Origin: Patescibacteria group bacterium | Lineage (GTDB): Bacteria > Patescibacteriota > Patescibacteriia > UBA9570 > JAHJKD01 | Assembly (NCBI GenBank): GCA_041660885.1 | Contig: JBAZVM010000002.1 | Span: 81,538-145,537 of the forward strand | Length of the DNA: 64,000 nt | Direction: 5' to 3' | Shown here: positions 58,246-64,000 of the stretch, one piece after another | Numbering within the stretch: position 1 is the first letter of the stretch | Layout of the letters: each line of letters opens with the position of its first letter | The notes under the pieces: model-generated | What the model was told of the DNA's origin: nothing | What the model saw: only the letters and a program-made list of their open reading frames with translations | The model's database searches: none | Program-made: the position numbers and the translations under genes

Positions 58246-60528
58246 TTAGAATTGGCCAGTGGCTAAATAAGCACTGGTTTGTTCGGTATCCAAAGGATAT
58301 AAATCTTTATTGGCTTTTTCTCCGTCTTTATCAAATAATTTTACTTTCCAACGCGGAACGGCCAAGCCGGTTATTATTTCCGCTTGGCCATCGGCATTGA
58401 TATCTCCGGCGGCTATGGCCGCGTTGCTGTCTCCTGAATCATAAGCTAAAAAATTGCTTAATAGCTTATCGCTGCCGCTGTAGCGATAAATTTTTATAGA
58501 CGAGTTCTGCTCCGTTTGCGGTACGGAAATAACCTCATCTTTTCCATCGCCATTAACATCACCCGCGGTTATTTTTACTCCTCCCGTGAAACTGCTTCCG
58601 TAAGGATAATATGAATTCGCCATGTAATGCCCGGAGGATCTAAAAAATTTCACTTTAGACGGAATGCCCGCTCCCGAACTTGTGATGATTTCATCGTATC
58701 CGTCGTTGTTTACATCACCCGCGGCAACATTTACTCCTCCCAAATATGTTTCATCATACGCTAAAAAACTGCTGAGTAAATCGCCTTTTTCATTTACAAT
58801 CTCCACTAAAGGATACCCGCCTTCAGTGGCGATAATAATATCTTCATGCCCATCGCCTGCTGTATCCCCGCAAGCCAGATTAACATTATAGCCCTCGGTG
58901 TTCATAGAAAAACTATTTTTCTTTTTACCGGATTTGGAAAAAACTTTGATAGTTGAAACCATATCATAAGTTAAACTGGTAACGATTTCGTCTTCCCCAT
59001 TTCCATTTATATCGCAAGCCATTACCTTTACTCCTTCTTTCTTTGCTTTCGCGTAAGGATAAAAAGACTTGGTGACTTCTCCACTATTATCAACGATCTG
59101 CACTTTTGGCGTAAAACCCTCTCCCGAGCCTACAATCAGAGCTGCTTCTTTTGTCATGTCGCTTAGCGAGGAAGTGGCGGTGTTGCCGCTGGTCGCTAAA
59201 GCTTTTACTTGAACCGCTGGATTAGTTCCGGCGGAATCAGGAACAGTAAAATAAAATTTTTCCGATATGGAATTAAATTCTCCTTTAGTAACCGCCGCGT
59301 TTTGCCAAGATCCCCCGTTTATTTGATACTGAATGCCTGAAATAGAACTGGTGGTGATATTATGTTTGGAAAAACCATAATACTCGTGCAAAGTACCTCC
59401 GTATGAATTTTTATTTTTTTTCGTATCTACGAACGCCTTGCCATAGTAGCGTGTTCCCGATGAAGTATCGGCAAAAGAAGAGATGGTAACGATTGGCGCA
59501 ACATCTACCGCGTCCGGCACTCCGTTATTATTTTTGTCTCCCCAGCCGATTTGGCCCTTTGCGTATTCGTCAATGTAGTTGTAAGCAAAAGAATCTATCA
59601 AAGTGCGCATAATACTCGGCACATCAGAATCGCATTGTCCGCCATCTGCGCTATATTGGCTGTTTTGATTGGCATAATTTAAATACCCCAGCCGCGCATT
59701 GCAATCTTTATACGCTCCAGGGTATTGGTCCAGAGCGTAAAATGAATGCCCCATTTCATGCGCAAAAACCGAATCCATATTTTCAATATAGTAGCCGTTA
59801 TTATTATATGTTAGAACCATGTAAGGCCCTCCATAATTTGAATATGCCGATTGCCCATCAGTAAAAGCCTGATAATAACTGTCTTTATCGTTCACCACAA
59901 AAACAACAAAAGACCAATTGGTATAATCGTTGTTTCTCTTGTCATTAATAAAAGAGCGGGATTTTTCCGTGTAGTCGCCATCTACATAGCCGAAGTTGGT
60001 CATTATCTCGTCTATCCAAAGTGTTTCGCCATCGTTAGAAACGGTATACGAAGGGCGATTGATGGGCTCATACATGGTCTCGGCGCGTTCGTCTGTGCGG
60101 CCGGAATAAAAATGGAAAGTAAAAGATAAATTAGCCGCGGGATTTAGATCTTTCCACCAGGCGGCGCCATTTTGTATTTCTTGTAAAACCAGGTCTTCCT
60201 GTTCTTTGGTCCAGTTCTCCTGATTATAATCCCAATCGCCGTTGCTTTCCGGTAAAATAATGGAAACAGAAACCGACCCTACCATAAATTCCGAAGTATC
60301 GGAATATTCCGCGCCATACGGTACCCCCTCGCCCAAGGCCATTCTGGAATCATCATCTCCATCCGCCTTGAATTTATCTGAAGGAAAAATTGCGTCGTTT
60401 AAAATCGGGCCGGGATCTTTAAAAGTTTCCGCTTGTGCTAAAGAAGAATTAGCAATAAAAAATATAAATGCAATCTGCCCTAATAAAAATAATACTTTTT
60501 GTTTTTTCAGCATATAGATTACATCCAT
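58246..60528 (-). CDS. Secreted zinc metalloprotease (HExxH) fused to C-terminal FG-GAP repeats
   Basis: 760 aa. Signal peptide MLKKQKVLFLLGQIAFIFFIANSSLAQA; the real start is probably at 60513. HEMGHSFYALDQY. C-terminal AGDVNNDGYDEII, AGDVNGDGKDEVI, AGDINADGQAEII. Confidence 0.75.
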   Translation of the reverse strand: MDVIYMLKKQKVLFLLGQIAFIFFIANSSLAQAETFKDPGPILNDAIFPSDKFKADGDDDSRMALGEGVPYGAEYSDTSEFMVGSVSVSIILPESNGDWDYNQENWTKEQEDLVLQEIQNGAAWWKDLNPAANLSFTFHFYSGRTDERAETMYEPINRPSYTVSNDGETLWIDEIMTNFGYVDGDYTEKSRSFINDKRNNDYTNWSFVVFVVNDKDSYYQAFTDGQSAYSNYGGPYMVLTYNNNGYYIENMDSVFAHEMGHSFYALDQYPGAYKDCNARLGYLNYANQNSQYSADGGQCDSDVPSIMRTLIDSFAYNYIDEYAKGQIGWGDKNNNGVPDAVDVAPIVTISSFADTSSGTRYYGKAFVDTKKNKNSYGGTLHEYYGFSKHNITTSSISGIQYQINGGSWQNAAVTKGEFNSISEKFYFTVPDSAGTNPAVQVKALATSGNTATSSLSDMTKEAALIVGSGEGFTPKVQIVDNSGEVTKSFYPYAKAKKEGVKVMACDINGNGEDEIVTSLTYDMVSTIKVFSKSGKKKNSFSMNTEGYNVNLACGDTAGDGHEDIIIATEGGYPLVEIVNEKGDLLSSFLAYDETYLGGVNVAAGDVNNDGYDEIITSSGAGIPSKVKFFRSSGHYMANSYYPYGSSFTGGVKITAGDVNGDGKDEVISVPQTEQNSSIKIYRYSGSDKLLSNFLAYDSGDSNAAIAAGDINADGQAEIITGLAVPRWKVKLFDKDGEKANKDLYPLDTEQTSAYLATGQF

Positions 60529-60552
60529 TATAATGGATTTTTTTAACTTACG

Positions 60553-61797
60553 CTAATTACTCGCGCTTTGGCCGGCTACATAGCCAGTGCTGAAACAGCG
60601 CTGCAAATTAAAACCGCCCGTGGGCCCGGGACAATTGATGATTTCCCCGGTAAAAAAAAGATTCTTTATTTTTTTGGAGCGCATGGTTTTATCGTCTATT
60701 TCTTTCACGGGAATACCGCCGCTGGTGAGCATGGCATTATCCCAATTACCCAAACCACTAACAGTAAAGGATAGTTTCTGAATAATATTAATGAGATTCA
60801 ACCTTTCTTGTTTGGTAATTTCTTGCGTTTTTTTATGTAAATTTATTTTAGATAATACACCCATAACATTTAATAATCTTCGGGGCAATAAATTTAAAGT
60901 AAAATTAATAAATTCTTTATTATTTTGCTTTTTTAATTCTTCTATTATTATTTCATTTATTTTTTTCGTGTCTAAACCGGGCAATAAATTTAAAGTGATT
61001 TTAACTTCCCCCTTAGATAATAATTCTCCCACTTCGCGGCTTAAATTAATTAACGCGGGCCCGCTTAAACCGCTGTGCGTAAATAAACATTCCCCAAGCT
61101 GACTGATTTTCTTTTTATTTTTTTGCCAAATATTTATTTCTATTTTTTTCAAAGTAATGCCCTGTAAATCTTTCACCCATTTTTCTTTAACGATTATCGG
61201 AGCCAAGCAAGGCATGGGTTTAACTAGGCTATGGCCCAATTTTTTTGCCCAAATATAACCGTCTCCGGTAGATCCGGTTTGCGCGTATGATTTTCCGCCC
61301 GTGCAAATGATATAATTCTTCGCGATAATTTCTTCTTTATTTTTTAAGATTATTTTTTTTATTTTATTATTTTCACAAATAATATTTTTAATTTCCGTGT
61401 TATATTTAACAACTACTTTGTTAGTATCAAGCTTTTTTAGTAAAGCTTGCAAAATATCTTCGGCTTTATTACTAACCGGAAAAACTCTATTTTTTTCTTC
61501 AATTTTAGTTTCAACGCCTAGATCATTAAAAAATTCTATGGTCTTTTTCGGGCCAAAAACAGAAAAGGCGTGAAATAAAAAACGGCCATTGCGACCGTAG
61601 CGACACACTAATTTTTTCAAATCAAACTCCGCGTTGGTTAAATTGCATCGGCCATGACCGGTTAATAATAATTTATTGCCGGCTTGGCTATTTTTTTCCA
61701 GAAGTAAAACGCGAGCCCCGGAACTGGAAGCGGCAACAGCCGCCATCATGCCGGATGGCCCGGCTCCGATAACAACGACTTCTTTACCGGCTGACAT
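60553..61797 (-). CDS. HI0933/BaiN-like NAD(P)/FAD-dependent flavoprotein
   Basis: Start trimmed to MSAGKEVVVIGAGPSGMMAAVA (GxGxxG). The track's N-terminal extension reads through the helicase tail. 14-nt overlap with the DEAD-box gene. Confidence 0.8.
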   Translation of the reverse strand: MSAGKEVVVIGAGPSGMMAAVAASSSGARVLLLEKNSQAGNKLLLTGHGRCNLTNAEFDLKKLVCRYGRNGRFLFHAFSVFGPKKTIEFFNDLGVETKIEEKNRVFPVSNKAEDILQALLKKLDTNKVVVKYNTEIKNIICENNKIKKIILKNKEEIIAKNYIICTGGKSYAQTGSTGDGYIWAKKLGHSLVKPMPCLAPIIVKEKWVKDLQGITLKKIEINIWQKNKKKISQLGECLFTHSGLSGPALINLSREVGELLSKGEVKITLNLLPGLDTKKINEIIIEELKKQNNKEFINFTLNLLPRRLLNVMGVLSKINLHKKTQEITKQERLNLINIIQKLSFTVSGLGNWDNAMLTSGGIPVKEIDDKTMRSKKIKNLFFTGEIINCPGPTGGFNLQRCFSTGYVAGQSASN

Positions 61798-63040
61798 ATC
61801 TTTTCCTGTGCATGCCTTGTCTGCGGCCGAACCCGCCGCTGCGGCTTCCTCTTCCTCGGCGCTGGCTGGTGTAATAAGGCGCGGGCGCGGCAAAAGATGC
61901 TTTCGGAACATCGGGAGACTCAGCCACGGGCAAAGTCTTTTTCATCAAGCGCTCGATATCGCGCACTTCTTTGCGCTGATCCGGAGTAACCAAAGATATG
62001 GCGTGCCCACCGGCGCCGGCTCTGGCCGTGCGGCCGATTCTGTGAATATAATCTTCGCTGTTCATGGGTAAATCATAATTTAGCACCAGCTCAATGCCAG
62101 CCACATCAATACCTCTTGAGGCTATATCCGTGGCAATCAAAACGCGATACTTTCCTATTTTAAATCCCTGCATAGCCTCGCGCCTCTGGCCGAGAGAACG
62201 GTTGGAATGAATTTCCACAGCGCTGTGGCCTAAGTTGCGGATATTCTGCGCCAGCTTTTTAGCGCCATGCTTGGTGCGCGTAAAAATTAAAGTCGGGCCA
62301 TGGTATTGATTAAGAATTTTTTCCGTGAGCAAGCCTTTTGATTTGGCGGGAATAATATAAATTTCTTGGGAAACGCGATCAATAGTTGTGCCGGGAGGAG
62401 CCACTTCAATGCGAATAGGCAACTTCATATAATTGGTGGCCATCTTGAAAATGTCATGAGGCATAGTGGCGGAAAAAAGCATGGTTTGCCTATCATCGGG
62501 CAAAGCGTTAAAAATTTTCTGAATCTGCGGAGCAAAACCCATATCCAGCATTCTATCCGCTTCATCTAACACCACTACTTTCACTTTATCCAAGCGTATT
62601 TTACGCTGTTGTAAAATATCATTAAGCCGTCCCGGAGTGGCCACTATAATATGCGGGTTTCTGCTAAGGGCGCGCAATTGAAGCCCCATGGAAGCGCCAC
62701 CGATTAAAACGGCGGTTTTCAATCCGAAAGAAGAAGCAATGCTATGCAAAGTTTCATCCACCTGTTGAGCCAGCTCGCGCGTGGGTACCACCACTAAACC
62801 CTTACCGTGCAATTGATTCAAACGCTGCAGCATGGGTACGCCGAAAGCTAAAGTTTTACCCGTTCCGGTTTGCGCGATGCCTACTACATCTTTGCCGGAT
62901 ATGGCCACCGGAATGGCTTGCTGCTGAATAGGAGTGGGTTTTTCGTAATGTAATTTGGCAAAAACATTAAGCAAAGAAGGAGCAATACCAAGACCGGTGA
63001 ACCCGGAAATGCTGTTAATGCGAGAATTATCTACTGCCAT
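61784..63040 (-). CDS. DEAD-box ATP-dependent RNA helicase with RG-rich C-terminal tail
   Basis: 418 aa. Q motif, AQTGTGKT, PTRELA, DEAD, SAT, HRIGRTARAG. Confidence 0.95.
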   Translation of the reverse strand: MAVDNSRINSISGFTGLGIAPSLLNVFAKLHYEKPTPIQQQAIPVAISGKDVVGIAQTGTGKTLAFGVPMLQRLNQLHGKGLVVVPTRELAQQVDETLHSIASSFGLKTAVLIGGASMGLQLRALSRNPHIIVATPGRLNDILQQRKIRLDKVKVVVLDEADRMLDMGFAPQIQKIFNALPDDRQTMLFSATMPHDIFKMATNYMKLPIRIEVAPPGTTIDRVSQEIYIIPAKSKGLLTEKILNQYHGPTLIFTRTKHGAKKLAQNIRNLGHSAVEIHSNRSLGQRREAMQGFKIGKYRVLIATDIASRGIDVAGIELVLNYDLPMNSEDYIHRIGRTARAGAGGHAISLVTPDQRKEVRDIERLMKKTLPVAESPDVPKASFAAPAPYYTSQRRGRGSRSGGFGRRQGMHRKRYVSR

Positions 63041-63083
63041 AACTTATTAAGTAATAATGATTAGAACTAACTTCAGCGTAATA

Positions 63084-64000
63084 TTAAAGCTTACCTAAGT
63101 CAATGGTCTCGCCAATTTTAATTTGGCTCACGAACTCCGGCAAGTGGCTTATTAAAATCAAAGCGCCATTATATTCATTGATGGCTTTGGCAATCACAGG
63201 AATATGACGAAAATTTATATGGTTGGTTGGTTCGTCTAAAACTAAAAGCCCTGGCCTTTTTAAAACCAATCGCGCGAAAGATAACAAACCCTTTTGCCCT
63301 TCGGATAACTGGGAAATTTTTTGGCCCATAAGCTGGCCCGTTATTAGAAAACCCGCGGCCACCGAGCGCATTTCTTCTTCGTTTGTTCCTTCGGCTAAAC
63401 TACTTTTTAAAGAATCAAAAACCGTGCTGTTAAAATCCAGCGTGGCAAAATCTTGGCTGTAATAACCGACGAAAACGCCTTTCATTATTGAAACTCCCGC
63501 GTCAGTATTATTAACTAATGATCGCAGCAGAGTACTTTTACCAATACCATTAGGACCAATAACCATCAGGCGCGTTTTCTGGCGCATGACGATGTTTGCG
63601 TCTTTAATAACCGGCTCATGATTTTTAATAATTTTAATTCTTTTTATGGTAACGATATCGCCGACAATTTCTTGATTGGGAATAGTAAATTTTCTTATAG
63701 TTTTATCTTCTCTCCGCACATCCACTTTGTTATCTTCCATTTCTTGCGTTTCTTCTTTCAGCTTGGAAGCCAGCTTTCTCATTTTTCCTCCTTTATGCGC
63801 GAAAAAATTTACTTTGTCTTTGCGATCTTGAATTTTCTTTTCCAGTTGAGCGTTCTTGGCTTGTTCGCGTTCGATACGATTTTTTATTTCTTCCACCACG
63901 GTATAATAATCACCCACATAAGTTTCTATTTTCTTGGTAAAGACGTCTAAATAAAGAACTCCCTCTGTAAAGGAATTTAAAAATTCCGCGTCATGAGAAA
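63084..64000 (-). CDS. ABC-F family ATPase (Uup/EttA-like), C-terminal ABC domain; 5' partial, continues past the window end
   Basis: Walker A GPNGIGKST, signature LSEGQKG, Walker B LLVLDEP, coiled-coil linker. The frame is open to position 64000. Confidence 0.8.
   Translation of the reverse strand, partial: SHDAEFLNSFTEGVLYLDVFTKKIETYVGDYYTVVEEIKNRIEREQAKNAQLEKKIQDRKDKVNFFAHKGGKMRKLASKLKEETQEMEDNKVDVRREDKTIRKFTIPNQEIVGDIVTIKRIKIIKNHEPVIKDANIVMRQKTRLMVIGPNGIGKSTLLRSLVNNTDAGVSIMKGVFVGYYSQDFATLDFNSTVFDSLKSSLAEGTNEEEMRSVAAGFLITGQLMGQKISQLSEGQKGLLSFARLVLKRPGLLVLDEPTNHINFRHIPVIAKAINEYNGALILISHLPEFVSQIKIGETIDLGKL

Noticed and set aside
61798-61911. 38-aa N-terminal extension of the flavoprotein ORF (MFRKHLLPRPRL...)
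   Set aside because: It is the alternate frame of the DEAD-box helicase RG-rich tail. The GxGxxG motif begins right after the internal Met, so the start was moved to 61797.

Overview
This is an AT-rich, gene-dense bacterial chromosomal segment with almost no non-coding space; I saw no rRNA genes and no CRISPR array. Housekeeping genes are dprA-topA (overlapping), a short Rel-type (p)ppGpp synthetase/hydrolase, parA-parB, tRNA-Leu(CAA) behind a consensus sigma70 promoter, hup, transketolase, corA and a complete F1Fo ATP synthase operon (atpZ-B-E-F-H-A-G-D-C). Others are typA/bipA, a DEAD-box helicase, an ABC-F ATPase (partial at the window end), a CoA-salvage cluster (CoaD-CoaE fusion plus Fumble-type PanK) and a thiol-disulfide module (Trx-CcdA fusion plus DsbA-like). 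Between these sits an unusually large set of secreted or surface proteins: three tandem FG-GAP/VCBS-repeat paralogs with a shared Lys-rich C-terminal domain, a BNR-repeat protein with the same tail, a 1746-aa beta-helix/Calx-beta/cadherin-like adhesin, a Zn-metalloprotease fused to FG-GAP repeats, two transglutaminase-like proteins, and a TolB-like beta-propeller. Composition and gene content fit a small-genome, possibly episymbiotic Patescibacteria/CPR-like organism, but that is inference. The most unusual locus is a ~0.6 kb islet (40687-41317) whose codon third positions are strongly GC-biased against the AT-rich background. It encodes a 29-aa single-helix hydrophobic peptide and two small glycine-zipper membrane proteins, each behind a strong Shine-Dalgarno, preceded by a perfect 8-1-8 palindrome and followed by a nested hairpin. 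It looks like a horizontally acquired membrane-peptide cassette (type-I-toxin-like, bacteriocin-like or stress-protein-like). Other points: an in-frame TAG inside a still-intact FG-GAP paralog, near-identical intragenic tandem DNA repeats, a -1-frame ORF with no RBS at the adhesin C-terminus, and several uncommon domain fusions.
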